Below, one piece after another: positions 1 to 13,442 of a stretch of 64,000 bases of DNA; within the stretch, counting starts at the first letter, position 1; each line of letters starts with the position of its first letter. Under the pieces are notes generated by a model that saw only the letters and a program-made list of their open reading frames with translations, was not told the DNA's origin and ran no database searches. This DNA is from Amoebidium appalachense (lineage: Eukaryota; Protista; Ichthyosporea), in the NCBI GenBank assembly GCA_963693365.1, contig CAVNZM010000009.1, positions 5,882,545 through 5,946,544 on the forward strand, given 5' to 3'. A program made the position numbers and the translations under genes.

Positions 1-62
1 TTCTAACACCCCCCCCTCCCCCCTCCCCCCCCCCCCCCCCCCCCCCACACACACACACATAG

Positions 63-627
63 ACGACAGCAAGATCGATGAGCTTGCTGCCAAGCTGCCT
101 GCCCCTTCCACCTGCCAAAAACCCATTCCCGTCGACTTCGAGAAGGTACCAGTCAATCATCCCTCCCCCCTCCCCAAACACACACACAGAAGCGCACGCG
201 CGTGCGCGCAGACAGCCACTACCACCACATCCCCCCCTAGCGCTCATTAAGCATGTCTTTCAAAGCTCTCCCTCTGTACATCGTATTTCATTCTTGATTT
301 TCTCCCGAACCTCCTGCCATTGCCCCCCCCCTCCCCCTCCCCCCGCCTCCTCACACACACACAGACAGACTCCTTAAGCATGGGGACGCAACAACACCCA
401 CAACAACATGCCAGCAGACACATCGTTGCAAGCATTTCGTTTCTTCTACCTCTTTCCACTCCCTTCCACCCTTCCTCACACGTGTTTCCACTCGCAGGAT
501 GATGACAGCAACTTCCACATCGACACCATCACGGCCATGTCCAATCTGCGCGCTGCAAATTACGAGATCCCCCCTGCAGACCGCCTGAGGACAAAGGGTA
601 TTTGCTTCCCCCCCTGTCCTGTCCCCC

Positions 628-672
<45 letters not shown>

Positions 673-802
673 ACACACACACACAGACACACACACACAC
701 ATTGTCGCCAGCCGTGTGCTATTGAAGTGAGTGGGCAAAAAGAGGAATTGAGAAAAAACGTTTGTTTTCTCCGTGTGGGTGTGGGTGTGTGGGCGGCCCC
801 CG

Positions 803-839
<37 letters not shown>

Positions 840-1401
840 TTTAGGAGATGGGTTGGCATTATGGCTATGGTGTTATCTCGTAAGTTGACTGCGGGGGATA
901 TATCCTGACTGTCTGGGATGAATTCAATGAGATGCCCAAGAGACAGGTAGGCGTTAATGATGATCCTAAGAGATAAGCACGAGATAGAAAGGCTTTGGAG
1001 ATATGCTGAATATTTTTTTATTTATTTTTTTTTATTTTTATTTTTTTTGGGGGGGGGGGGGGGGGGGGGGGTTCTAGGGGCTTGTGGGCAAGATCTACAT
1101 ACACGAGATAGATAAGCATGAGAGATAGTCCTAAGAGATACACGAGGTAGATATTTATTGGAGATATGCTGAAAATTGGGCGGGGTTCTAGGAATTGCGG
1201 GCAAGATCATCCCGGCCATAGCCACCACCACGGCCCTGGTCACAGGCCTCATCTGTCTGGAGCTCTACAAGGTAAAGTGCTTTTTTTTTTTAATTATTTT
1301 TTATTATTATTATTATTACTATGCTAATGTGTGGGTGTTTTGTTTGGATGGGTTTGATTTGTTGTGGAAGAGGTAAAGGGTGGTTTTTATATTGTCCCCC
1401 G

Positions 1402-1468
<67 letters not shown>

Positions 1469-1498
1469 CTTGTTGCTTTTTTTCATTTCTCTTTCTTG

Positions 1499-1574
<76 letters not shown>

Positions 1575-1787
1575 AACTGGTGCAGCAATCACGACGGATT
1601 GAAAAGCCGATAGATAATTAAGCTACGATCGTGTGTGTGGATGAAAGAAGGGTGAAATCAAACGGGAAGAATGGGTGTAACCGTGTGGCAAAAAATGGTG
1701 CTGGGAAGATGGTAAGGTGCCGCCGAGAATCCAGAAGTGCACTGAATGCGGAAAGTGTGGTGTATGTGTGTGGGGCGTTGGGGAGAA

Positions 1788-1819
<32 letters not shown>

Positions 1820-2025
1820 CCTTCGGTGATGTCACAATATTGAGGAGTTCTTTCTGTTATTTCACGAAATATTGACTTTGGGTGGTATGCAGGTTGTGGG
1901 TGGGCACAATAAGATTGAGGCATACAAGAACGGGTTTGTCAACCTGGCCCTGCCATTCTTCGGCTTCTCAGAGCCTATGGTCTTTGAGACACACGAGGTA
2001 GGGGGCACAACACGTGCATGCACGT

Positions 2026-2098
<73 letters not shown>

Positions 2099-2572
2099 TC
2101 CACACAAAAGCTCACGTCTACAGACTCTACACACTGCGCACATACACATATACATGCACGCACGCACACTCACAAACACTCACAGGAGCGCACGCGCACA
2201 CATCTACATGCAGGCGCGCGCGCACACACACACACACACACACATTCACACATTCACACATTCTCATATGCACAAATACATTGTTGGCCAGAAGTAATTG
2301 GCAGCTCACCGACAAAGCTCCTCCTTTTTTTTATTTTATTTTTTTTAAATAAGCGCTAAACGGAACCACCATAAATAATGAAGCAAGTAATGGAAATGTG
2401 TGCAAGAATTTTGCTTTTTTTTAGCCAAACACTGACATTTTGCCGTTTTGTGTGTTCAAACAGTACAACGGCAAGAAGTGGGGACTGTGGGATAGGTTCG
2501 ACCTGCAGGGCCCTATGACACTGCGCCAGTTCATCGACATGATGAAGGTGGGTGGGTGCGTGGGTGGGTTTT

Positions 2573-2624
<52 letters not shown>

Positions 2625-3335
2625 TTGTGCTGTTTATTAGCGACATACAGGCTTGAGGTCGTGATAGGTTGCCGGCACCAAGGCCAACAGGCACTCCACC
2701 CAACGGGTAACACGATAAGCCGGGATAGCATGCTAATTTTTTGAACCGAAATATGAGCATTCTAAATTTGAAACCGGGATTTTATGCTAATTTTTCGACA
2801 CCGAGATATGCTTATATTTTGTAGCCCATACAAGTTTCTTATACATTTTGCGTACTACCTATTGGTCCGCCAGAGGACTGGCCGCAGACCATTTGTCAGT
2901 CTATCTATCAATGTTAGGCAGGTTATGGTACAGATTTCGGGGTCCAATCCCCCGTGCCCCCGCTAGGGAGAATGTTCACCTAGTCCGCGCCGAAATGGCC
3001 CGGCTCACTTCCCCAAATGAGTCGGGCCGAGTGAGAGATACGAGTCTGCCCTTCACTAGTATCGAGACATCCATGGCCTTTGACCTTGACGCCGGCGGTT
3101 ATCAACGTGGGTTCGGCCCAAGTATAATCATTCTTGTTTGGGTTGGGTCGATCATGGTAGAACGGTGGCCCGAACCGGTCCTTGTAGTAGATAGTGATGT
3201 GGTGACGTCATGTGCTTGTGCGTCATGGGGCTCTCTGGGCTCGAGGTGTCGTGGCAAACCGAGGGGCATAAGAAAAGAAATCGAATGCCGCCATCAGGAT
3301 TGAACCGGAGGTTTTCTGCGTCGGAGACCGGCACC

Positions 3336-3397
<62 letters not shown>

Positions 3398-4004
3398 GCG
3401 TGTGTGTGTGCGTGTGCGTGTGCGTGTGCGTGTGTGTGTGTGTGCCTGCGTGCGCGCACGAAGGGGGGGGGGGGGGGGGGTGGTAGCGGTGGGTGAATGT
3501 CTGTGTGGTTGAGGTTTAGGTAGGTGTGTGGATGTAGGGGTGGGTGGTGTTCCCTCTGTGTGTGTTTGTCCTAAATGTAAGATGTGGCTTGGTACGAGTC
3601 TTTGGTCGGAGTCCTGGTGGAAGGGTAAAAAAGGTGGATGTGTGGGTGTGTGTGGGTGTGCGTGTGCGTGTGGATGTGGGTGTGGATGCACGTGTATTTT
3701 GGGATTGTACCGGGGGGGGGGGGGGATGTTATTCTTGGATGAAACAGAACTGGAAGGAAGGGGGGGAAGGGGGGGGGGTGGGGGGGGGTCCTAAAGGGGG
3801 AATGTATAATAGAAGAATGGCTTTGTCGTCAGGCCAAGATCTGGCAAAGGACGTGCTCTGTCATGCTTTGTGCACATGCATTTTCCCCGCTTGGCGCCTC
3901 GTATGTACACACATCATGCCAACCCACACACACTCTTGCATTGACCTCCCTCAACACATCCAAACACACGCTTACACGTACACACACACAAAAACACACA
4001 CACA

Positions 4005-4055
<51 letters not shown>

Positions 4056-4497
4056 GGAGCACGAGCTAGAGATCACGATGGTGTCGTCCGGTGTCAGCAT
4101 GATCTACTCCTTCTTCATGCCCCCGGCAAAACTGAAGGACAGAATGGACCTGCCGTGAGTGCCCCCCCCCCCCCCCCCCCCCCCTCCCTCTGCACCATGC
4201 TTCTCGTCGTGTAGATGTACTTGGGTACCGTGTTCCGCATTCAAACCCCCCCTCCCCCCCCCCCCCCCCCCCCCGGGGGGCGCTCTCTGACCGTTGCACT
4301 GTCAGTGACGCCTCCTCCGGTGTTACCCCTACATTTACTGCACCTGGCTCCATGTTCCACTCTGTGCATAGTTCGTACCTTCAACCACCACCACCACCCA
4401 ACCCAACCCAACCCAACCCCACCCCACCCCACCCCCACCCCACCCACCCACCCTATCCGACTGTTGTTTCTTCTCCATGCATGACGGGGGGGGGGGG

Positions 4498-4549
<52 letters not shown>

Positions 4550-4724
4550 AAAGAGGGGGGGGGGAGGGGGGGGGGGGGGGGGTAAGGCAGTGGATATAAA
4601 TTAATAAATGGTGTCAAATTAGAATGAACGGCCTTGGATTCTGACTGACACCAACACACACTCTCTCCCCTTCCCCCCCCCCCTCTCTCTCCCTCTCTCC
4701 CTCTCTCTCTCGAACTAATGTGTG

Positions 4725-4756
<32 letters not shown>

Positions 4757-4896
4757 GGTTGGAGGACGCAGTGGCGCAGGTTACCAAGGCCGAGGTCCCG
4801 GGGCACCAAAAAGCGCTCGTGCTTGAAATCTGTGCAGATGACCCTAACGGCGAGGATGTGGAGGTGCCGTACGTGCGCTACGTGTTCCGCAAGTAG
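63..4896 (+). CDS. UBA1: Ubiquitin-activating enzyme E1, last seven exons (5' part outside window): 63-145, 498-597, 1192-1271, 1893-1997, 2464-2547, 4054-4154, 4758-4896
   Basis: GT-AG introns with consistent phase give ...PVDFEK|[34 protein letters not shown]|[26 protein letters not shown]|[28 protein letters not shown]..|[23 protein letters not shown]..|[23 protein letters not shown]..|..[26 protein letters not shown], the classic UBA1 C-terminus with the ubiquitin-fold domain; TAG at 4894-4896. Confidence 0.96.
2665..3338. mobile_element. Possible non-autonomous TIR element (hAT-like MITE) in a UBA1 intron
   Basis: Island of complex sequence in a low-complexity intron, bounded by imperfect 11-bp inverted repeats TAGGTTGCCGG / CCGGCACCCTA. 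The 8-bp flanks (GGTCGTGA, GGTGTGTG) only partly match, so no clean TSD. Confidence 0.35.
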
Positions 4897-4965
4897 AACA
4901 TGCTAGGTGGTGATGCAAGTATATGTAGGAAGTAAATAATTTAATGGAATTGGTGATTGGCCCGT

Positions 4966-5006
<41 letters not shown>

Positions 5007-5595
5007 TAATATGTGGTTAGGCAGACTTGTGTTTTATTAGGGAGTTTACATTTCTTGCTGCGCAGCATGCATGCGCTCGTGTCATTGATAATCTTTTTGG
5101 GGAAACAAGGTTTTATCCCACTTGTACATGGCTTTTATAACAGCTAGGGCCAATGTTAAACGTTTATGATGGTGGTGGTGTTAAATAAGAAAAGCTGGTA
5201 TGCCCTGCTATCCTATAGGTAACGTATGGAATGTTGTTGGTGGCATGGGTGTGACTGTACCTGAAAAAAAACGAGAACCGGAAGATTCTGAACGTCACGG
5301 TGAACTTTGGTCAGGACTTCAAAAACTTCGTGTCACAGGACTCAAAGTGTTCCGCATGGATCGAGTGCCCTACAAATACATTATTATAATGCATGTTGGT
5401 TCGACGATACTTGGTCTGTGCACTTTCGGGGTCTCCTTTCCCTCCTCTTCAGGAGCGTGTCGTGTCAGTGGGCGGTAGCAGGGGAACATGCGAGAGGTGC
5501 AGAGGCCTAGGACCTGGACCAGGTGCACATGCAAGAAAAACGATTTGATTTTGTGGGTGGGTGGTGTTTTTTTTTTTTTTTTTTTTTTTTTTTGT

Positions 5596-5639
<44 letters not shown>

Positions 5640-5832
5640 ATATGGACATGTATAAATATATATATGGTAGCCTGAATTCGAAGTTGGAGTACTAAATATA
5701 GCTATTCGCACAATCAAATGACACGAGGGTGGAAATTCTCTTTTTTTTTATAATGACTTTATTGACATGCTCATGAAAGAGAAGCAAGCCGGAGATATCA
5801 CAGATATCTCAGAGAAGAAAATACAAAAACCC

Positions 5833-7660
5833 CTACTCATGGATACGGAGGAGATAACGACTCAAATAATCATACACCCTAGAAAACTCGTTAAACATAC
5901 GGTGGTTTAACAGATAGTCAATAGAAGTAATATCAGGATTATCTAAATAAGCTAGTCTTCGAATTTCTAACGGAAGAATCTGAGATAGATAAATACATTT
6001 ATCTAGATGTATGCGAGAAAAAGGTTCTGCACAAAAGTGACACAAACATTTATGGAAACTAAGGTTACAACGCCAAAATAAACATTTCCAAGCAATATCA
6101 CACGAAGGGGTTAGAATGGCAAAATCGGCAACTGATGAAGTGTGGTAGGTTTACGAGAGGAAGGATGAATATAAGTAGCTAATTTACATAACGATTGTAG
6201 AGAAAATAGACGAGTCTCTAATATAAAAAGAAGCACAGGCTCAAGAGTCATACCATGATACTCTTTATCACGACGATGAAGCAAAGGATATTGAGTATGA
6301 ACAACCAAGTAACATACTGCTGATAAATAGGGGAAGAGAAAAATAAAGGAGACAAATATTTGAAAGGATATCTCTGAATGGGAGATAGATTGGGTACAGG
6401 ACATTTCGCACGAACATTAGAAATGGGAACAGCCTGGTCTAAAGAAGGAAAGAATTGCAACAAAGGATGATAAGAAGGAAGCCTAACCAAATGAAAACAA
6501 AAGCGAAGGCCTAACTCATTCATACGCTGACTCGCCGCAGGGAGTCCAAAAACACTCAGCAAAGGAGCCGCCAGAGGATGCCTACGCGAGGTCCGAGAGA
6601 TGAACTGGATGAATTCACGCTGAAAGGAATCGAATTCTCGAAGCGCCGCGCGCTGTTGCCGTGGAGGGGCACACAAGAGTAACGGGAGGCCATATTCGAA
6701 ACATGGATGAAGAAAAACTTTATAAAGAGTGAGCAGATTAGCAGGGTGGACATTAGAAATACTTGCGAAAATGCCTTGATAGATGTGTAAACGACCACGC
6801 GCACGGGAAATGTGCGAAGTCAAAAGGCGCTCAAAGCAAATACCCTTAGAGATGAAAGGAATACCTAAATAGTCATAGGAGGACACAACTGGGATAGGTT
6901 GATTGTTCAAAGTGTAGTGTGCATGGGGAGAAAAGGTGCCGCGTTTATCTATCCCAATTTTCATGAAATTTCGGAAACACCAATCATCTACTCGAGAAAG
7001 CATGGTAGTCATAATAGAAGGATCATGAGTGACTAAAACAATATCATCAGCGAACCAGCCGGAAACACAAGCTGGAGTCGCCTGCAACGGGAAACTGTTG
7101 AATTTCTATCGCTAAGTCGTCAATAAAGACATCAAAAAGGAGGGGACTCAAAAGTGAGCCCTGTAAAAGGCCTCGTGTACGACTGAATCCGTTACTCAGT
7201 ACCCCATTCACAACGGCAGCCCCATGGGTGCGTTTAAATAACGCCTGAAGTAGTCGACCAAAGGGAAGTGGGAGCCCTCGAGTCACCAACTTATGCCAAA
7301 GCAAATTCGTCGGAACCGTGTCGTAGGCATTCTTAGGGTCGATGAAGCAAACCTCGCGACATCCCGAACGGATAGTGTCGTGTAAAGGAAGAGCATGAGT
7401 ATAGCACGAATAAGCATGCCGAAACCCGCCCTGAATGTTGCTTAATCGAAATACATTGGATAAGGTCTCATGCTTGTGGAAGGCGCGCAATATGCAGGAC
7501 TCGAATAGGCAACGAAATATGTTGGTTAAGATGACCGGCCGAAAAGAAGAAATCACCAGTAGAGACCTTCTTGCGGATTGGATTAACAAGAGTGTCATTC
7601 CACGACGGAGGAATGAAGCCCAACTCATAAAAGGCGGAGAAGAACTCGCTCACTAAATAT
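5833..7660 (-). pseudogene. LINE ORF2 reverse transcriptase, frameshifted
   Basis: FRPVIL, QGGFR, FIDPKNAYDTV, GLLQGSLLSPLLF, FADDIVL and YDYLGI motifs spread across several frames; Cys-rich C-terminus (CHFC). Confidence 0.88.
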
Positions 7661-7681
7661 GCAAACGGTGGAGGAGGAGGC

Positions 7682-8747
7682 TGTTGGAGTGCAGACTTAC
7701 GCTCACTCCACAATATGTGTATGTTAGCTTTACAATTGGTTCCGTGTACACAGACACACGCTGACACTCGATCACCACATGCACATCTGCATAGTTGAGG
7801 AATGTTGCCAATTGTGTTTTGACTGCAAACGATTGGTTCACTGGTCCCAGAGATCTCTAAACGAAAGTAACCAATCCGATTAGCGCCTGGCATCCGGATT
7901 ACATTCCAGACTGCTGCCCCACGGGTATATAAGCCACGTCTCTGCCAGGTGCAGACATGGAGTTCAGCCATGGAGTTAACACACTGAAAGCTGTAAAAAA
8001 ACGGGTCAGCGCCCAAGCGCGCCACGACGACCCTAGTCACAGCGGACTCTACTTCCAACAGGGTTATGGGCCCAGACACGACACCGCGGCCTCTAACTTC
8101 ACGTCCCATACGACGCCTTGAACGGAGGAGCCAGAAACCGACTTCTAGGCTGTACCCTACACCCGCGAGTGTATTTCCGTGAAGTAGAGACTTTCGCTTC
8201 CACAAACTCCATCCGCAGCAGCCTGCGACATCAACGTCAAGTATTCCACTTCATTGGCGGGGCACGCACCACAGTGGAATGCACACCCCGGTCTACCCTG
8301 CAAGCAGCCACACTCACTCTCTCTTCTCTAGTGGTGTGTACACTTCTCCAATTGGGTAGGGGTGTTGGAGTGCAGACTTACGCTCACTCCACAATATGTG
8401 TATGTTAGCTTTACAATTGGTTCCGTGTACACAGACACACGCTGACACTCGATCACCACATGCACATCTGCATAGTTGAGGAATGTTGCCAATTGTGTTT
8501 TGACTGCAAACGATTGGTTCACTGGTCCCACTGGCAGAGATCTCTAAATGAAAGTAACCAATCCGATTAGCGCCTGGCATCCGGATTACATTCCAGACTG
8601 CTGCCCCACGGGTATATAACCCACGTCTCTGCCAGGTGCAGACATGGAGTTCAGTCATGGAGTTAACACACTAAAAGCAGTAAAAAAACGGGTCAGCGCC
8701 CAAGCGCGCCACGACGACCCTAGTCACAGCGGACTCTACTTCCAACA
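7682..8747 (+). mobile_element. TRIM (miniature non-autonomous LTR retrotransposon, Copia-type): LTRs 7682-8060 and 8363-8747
   Basis: TGTTGG...CCAACA LTRs; perfect TSD GAGGC (7677-7681, 8748-8752); PBS GGTTATGGGCCCAG (8062-8075, internal tRNA-iMet type typical of Copia); purine tract GGGTAGGGG before the 3' LTR; TATATAA in the LTR; 302-bp non-coding interior. Confidence 0.92.
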
Positions 8748-9467
8748 GAGGCGTATTCCGGGACCCGCCTCAGTGGTAATAACGGGCGGAGGGCACAATG
8801 CCTTAAAAAGGGCGGGTGGAAGAGCATCCGGACCACATGCCTTTTTGGGTTTTAGGACAGAAATAGCACGTTGAACGTGCGCAGCATTAAGATAGCTCAA
8901 AAATTCGCCTGGAAATGAAGAATCAATCGGCCAGGAGGGTGGTGTGGAGAGTAAAGAATGTGAAGGGTGCGTGGAAGGAGCAGAGTTTAGGTGGAATAAT
9001 TCCAAATCGGAATAATAGTCATCGGTGGAAGTGATGGTGTCGGTGTTTATCAGGACTACATGTAATAATGATGGAAGGGCCAAAATGGCCTAGACTCTTG
9101 AGAGTAGAAATACAAGAATCACGGTGGGAAAGCGTTTGGCCTAAGTGGTCTAAGGTAAGAGATGGTCGTAACCGAACATAGGGATATTCGACACTACCGA
9201 CAACACTATCACCTAATTCAAATAGAAAATTAACAGGAAGAGAATAACATACCTCAACAGGCTATATACGGGTCCCTCCGCTGTCGAGCATTCTGCACGG
9301 CCTGGCAGGAGGGTGAGGTGAATCTCCTTATAATTATAGGCATTTTGAATTCTAAGCCGATTGAGTTCACTGTGGCACTCTTAAATTTGCGAGCAACTTG
9401 AATAAGGCGTTTAGTTACACGAACAGTGTGTGAAACAGGAGTGGAAATTTGAATGACAATAGGCTTG

Positions 9468-10196
9468 TGACATATACTAATCCGTCTCAGCAGATTAGCC
9501 TAAGTCTACGATCGAGATCGGGGGGGGGGGGGGGGGGGGGGGGGGGTGGCCCGGGTCCACAGATCATCAAGATCAAGTCCGGGGCCTCAAGATAGCTGTA
9601 CAGCTGCGTGCATCTTGCCTCTGCCGGCGCAGGGCATTGGACCACGTCAGCCGGGGCAGCCGACCAATAGAATTCTAATTAGTGTGTAGGATAGATCGTA
9701 GGAGGACTTAGGAATGTGATTGTTCGGGCAGAAGCCCTTTTGTAAGTATTGGCAAGGTTTGATAGTGTATGTTGCCAAACGTATTTATATATTTAGATGT
9801 AGACTCTGAAAGGGGGGAGGGAGGGGGGGGGGGAGGATAGTATGAAATGTAGATTTAGACTCTGCGGTGCCACTAGGGGGAGGGTGAGGGGTGAGACATG
9901 GATAAATATATTAGTTGTCAATGAGTAGATCGACTTAGCTCGTGCAGGCGCACGATAAAAGTAGATCGGAATGTTTGGAATGTGGCATCGTAGGGGGCCA
10001 GGTGATGATGATCTTTGAGGGCACGGCCTTGATGGCCTCAGTTGTAACTTAGTCTCATTCCGTACGGATCTAAGTTTGCCCGTCGGAGCCTGGTCTGAAT
10101 AAACTTTACCGTTTTTCCGTACACGTTCGTTCCTTTTCGTGTGTGTACACTTAGTAGAGTGCCGCGTCTCTAGTACATACACAATAGGATACGACA
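9468..10196 (+). repeat. Gypsy copy 1 5' LTR
   Basis: TGACATATAC...GATACGACA; near-identical to 24552-25279 and to the reverse complement of 59985-60694. Confidence 0.92.
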
Positions 10197-10348
10197 AGCT
10201 ACACCTTTCTTTTAGTGCGGTTTCTCGCGCTAGGGTAACGCGGTGACAGTTCCTTCTGGGCTGTTGCTACACCTCAAACACACAAAAAAAAAAAAAAAAA
10301 AAAAAAAAACATAAACACAACCACACGAGTTCGGGCACACACCACACA

Positions 10349-11693
10349 ATGGCTAAGTTTAACGTAGACATGTTCTACGCATTGGCAGCGGAGGATAGCT
10401 CCCTGCACACACAGGTACCACAGGTTCATACACTAGACGTTAGACAGACCACAGCTTTCAGTTTTACACTCAAACACGACTCGGAAATACCTAGGTGGCT
10501 TAGGACACTCCTAGCTAACACACCCACACTAGTGTTAGACACAAAGAAGGCCCCCACTGTGGCGGCCTCGTGCTTAATGATCAAGCAGTGCATCGACCAC
10601 AAGACTATGGCCGACCTATGCACCCTGATGGAGGAGCACCCGTACCGGGCCGAGCAGGCCCCCCAGGTGACGGCTCGTATATACGAGCAGCAGTACGACG
10701 AGGGGAGGGACGAGATGGTGTCCCCGGACGCTCGGCCAGAAACGTCTGGCCGCACGGTTCATCCCCGACGACGAGGACGAGAACAGCACCGACGACGTGG
10801 ACGGGGAGCTCGAGGCCTTCACACGGCCGGAAAGCGAGCTCGAGTATACGGCCCGGCTCGTCGGCCGATACCTGACGGCCGACCGGCGCCGTACCTTCAG
10901 GGCCCAGCTCAGAGAATGGAAGTATACCTTTCCCACTTTAGATATGTCCCCCGTAGAAGCTCGTGCATTCTTTGAGAGGGAATATCGGGTCTTGGAAGAC
11001 CTTTGTGAGTTAGCTGGTGACGTGAGTGATAGGGAAAAATTCGAGTTTGCTCGTAAGGCTCTCTCTGTAAATACAGACACTGCACGCATGTTTGGGGAGC
11101 ATGATGATGTAGATGAGGTGGTGTTGCATGTTAAACGTCACTTGCTTGCCATGCACGAGGTTAAGTTCAATAAGAGGGATAAAAAGGAGGTGATGGAAGT
11201 AGACAAGAGAAAGAAGGAGAGTGGACAGAAGGGGGAAAAAGAGAAAAAAGAGGGTGAACAGCCAGATGCACTCACCATGTTGGTCAAGCAGGTTGCCGAG
11301 CTCTCCCAGGCCGTCTTTTCTGGCCGAGGGGGCTTCGGCTTCCGGGGTGGCCGTGGCGGCGACCGGGGTGGACACGGCGGTCGTGGCCGAGGTGGACGTG
11401 GAGGACAACAGCAGCAGTTCACCGAGAGGTTTGCCCCTTATCTTGCTCGGGGTGGTGGGCAGGGTAGAGGGAGGGGTGGAAATGGTGGTGAGAGAGGCCG
11501 AGGGGGGCACTGGGGGGGAAGGGGGGGCCGTGGTGCACACGGTGGGCCCCCCCAGCATGACCGGGCTCCCGGTTATGCTTTGCGCCAAGGTTTTGAAGTC
11601 CCCCCTGGCCCCTTCTTTGGTGCATGTTACTTTTGTGGCCGGCAAGGGCACTCTGCTGCATATTGCCGTAGTTACATTGTCAAGAGCTATTGA
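10349..11693 (+). pseudogene. gag: Gypsy gag with RGG-rich region and CCHC zinc knuckle; one frameshift near 10722
   Basis: ATG at 10349; ORFs 10349-10975 and 10797-11693 join if the extra C in GTCCCCGG is removed (copy 2 has GTCCCGG); CYFCGRQGHSAAYC knuckle. Confidence 0.88.
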
Positions 11694-11935
11694 GTTCCGG
11701 GGGAGGGGGAAGCTGGGGTCACAGAGGGAGGGGGGGGGGACAGTATCGGTCCCCCCCAGGTTGCAGAGAACCTTCACCCTCCCCCACCCCAGGTTAAGCT
11801 TCCCTTTGCCCCCTCACCGCCCCGATACGTGTGGGAGCCGGGCATCGTCGTGGGTCCTCAAGACAGCGTCGAGGTGGTATGGCATGAATGTTTGTGGGGT
11901 GACTCTACCAAAGGTATGAATGGTGTGAATGTTTT

Positions 11936-13442
11936 GTGGTTGGGGGAGGTTCCCCAGCCACAAGTGGATGGTCTCAGTGTTTCTTGTCCCAACCCGGTGT
12001 TTGTTCTAACCACACCGGAGGGGGTTTCTGTGCCATTGTTTCCGGGGGGGGGGGGGGGGGGACACACACGAGTAAAGGGGGAAGGGGGGGGAAGGCACAG
12101 ACACGTAGAAACACACCACCACAACAACATACGACGGTTGCAGACACACCTACACCCACACACACACCCACACATACACCAAACACACACACACCACCCA
12201 CCCACACATCACACACACACACTCCACCACCACCCACACCACATACACACCCCACCCCACCCGTGCAGGCACCACAGGTAGGTATGTTGCACGTAGGTAT
12301 CGAGGGTGTGAGTCTTCGTGGGCAGGGATTGGGTGTGAGTGATGATGTGTTGCTTGAATTGGAGGAGGATTTAGTTGGTTTTAGCCGGCATTATATAGAC
12401 GTACGGTTAGCTGATGGTAAGTTGAAGGCTGTAACAGTTGCTTTGCTCGATGGAGGGGCTCAGGTTAATTGTGTGCATGCTTCGTTTATTCGTCGTTTTA
12501 ATCAGGCCGGGGGGGAAATTCCTATTTTAGATGCTTCTAGCACAGCCTTAGGTAGTGCTAATAATAGTAGTATGTCTGTGGAAGGTGTTTGTGTGTTGCC
12601 GTGTGAGATAGGTGGCCAGGCTATGCACATTGCTTGTTATGTGGTTAAGGATTTAGCTCAAAGTGTTTTGTTGGGAGCCCCATTTTTCCGTAGACATGTG
12701 AATGCTTTGTTTGAACGTACGAATGTTTTAGAATTGCAGTCCGGCGTTAAAATTAAAACCCATGATGGGCTCGACGGTTATCAGTCTGGTGCTAGAACGG
12801 TAGCTGAAGTAGTAATCGAGCCTTATCAGTGCCAAACGGTACGTGTCCGAGCCGGCAATCACTTTAGGATAGGGGATTTAGGGGTTTTTACTCCGAAAAC
12901 CCCATTTCAGGAGGTGGCCCAATGGACCCTTAGTAGGGTATGGCCGGATAAGACAATAGAAATAGAATTAGTGAATCCGGGCATCGAGCCTATAGTGATT
13001 AGGTCAGGTGTTTCCGTCGGTAGTTTCACTAATGAGATTGGTAGTATAGAGGTCTCTCTTATTACCCAAAAGGAGGATGCCGGCTCGAAGGGTGACTCAG
13101 GAGGAGGGGGAACAACTTTACTTAACGTTAGCCACCAAAATGTCACCCGACACGATTGGGGGGGGGACCGGGACAGCACCGGTCCCACTCCCCCGACCCC
13201 CAAGAGGAAGGAGGGTCACCCCGGGTGTGAGAATGTGCAGGCAAGGGGGGAGGGTGTTGGTCTAACCCGTGGATCTGACGGGTTAACCACCACCGTGGGG
13301 GGCAGGGTGGCCACAGACCTGGCCCCCCACATACATGCACTAACTCATCAGGAATTGCCCGGGGGCATGGGTGTGCCGGGGGGAGGGGGGGGTGCTAAGG
13401 GTGACCGCCTATATCCGGAGGTACCTCAACCTCACCCTGAGC
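11936..13442 (+). pseudogene. pol: Gypsy pol N-terminal part: aspartic protease plus a beta-rich downstream domain
   Basis: ALLDGGAQVNCV and VLLGAPFF retropepsin motifs; frame cut by the Copia LTR at 13443. Confidence 0.85.

Larger units (their letters stand above)
5741..9467 (-). mobile_element. Decayed LINE (non-LTR retrotransposon), 3' and central part; interrupted by TRIM at 7682-8747; continues at 25280-25783
   Basis: T-run 5741-5749 plus TTTATT at 5758-5763 read as AATAAA and an A tail on the minus strand. RT motifs are present in the minus-strand ORFs 7047-7628 and 6248-7087, and 8800-8870 reads AISVLKPKKACGPDALP. Confidence 0.88.

Noticed and set aside
2672-3335. CCGGCACC direct repeat as an 8-bp TSD
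   Set aside because: No inverted repeats lie inside it; it overlaps the candidate TIRs instead.
5270-5520. Possible terminal exons of a convergent minus-strand gene
   Set aside because: Plausible AG/GT sites but no recognisable protein; cannot be supported without RNA data.
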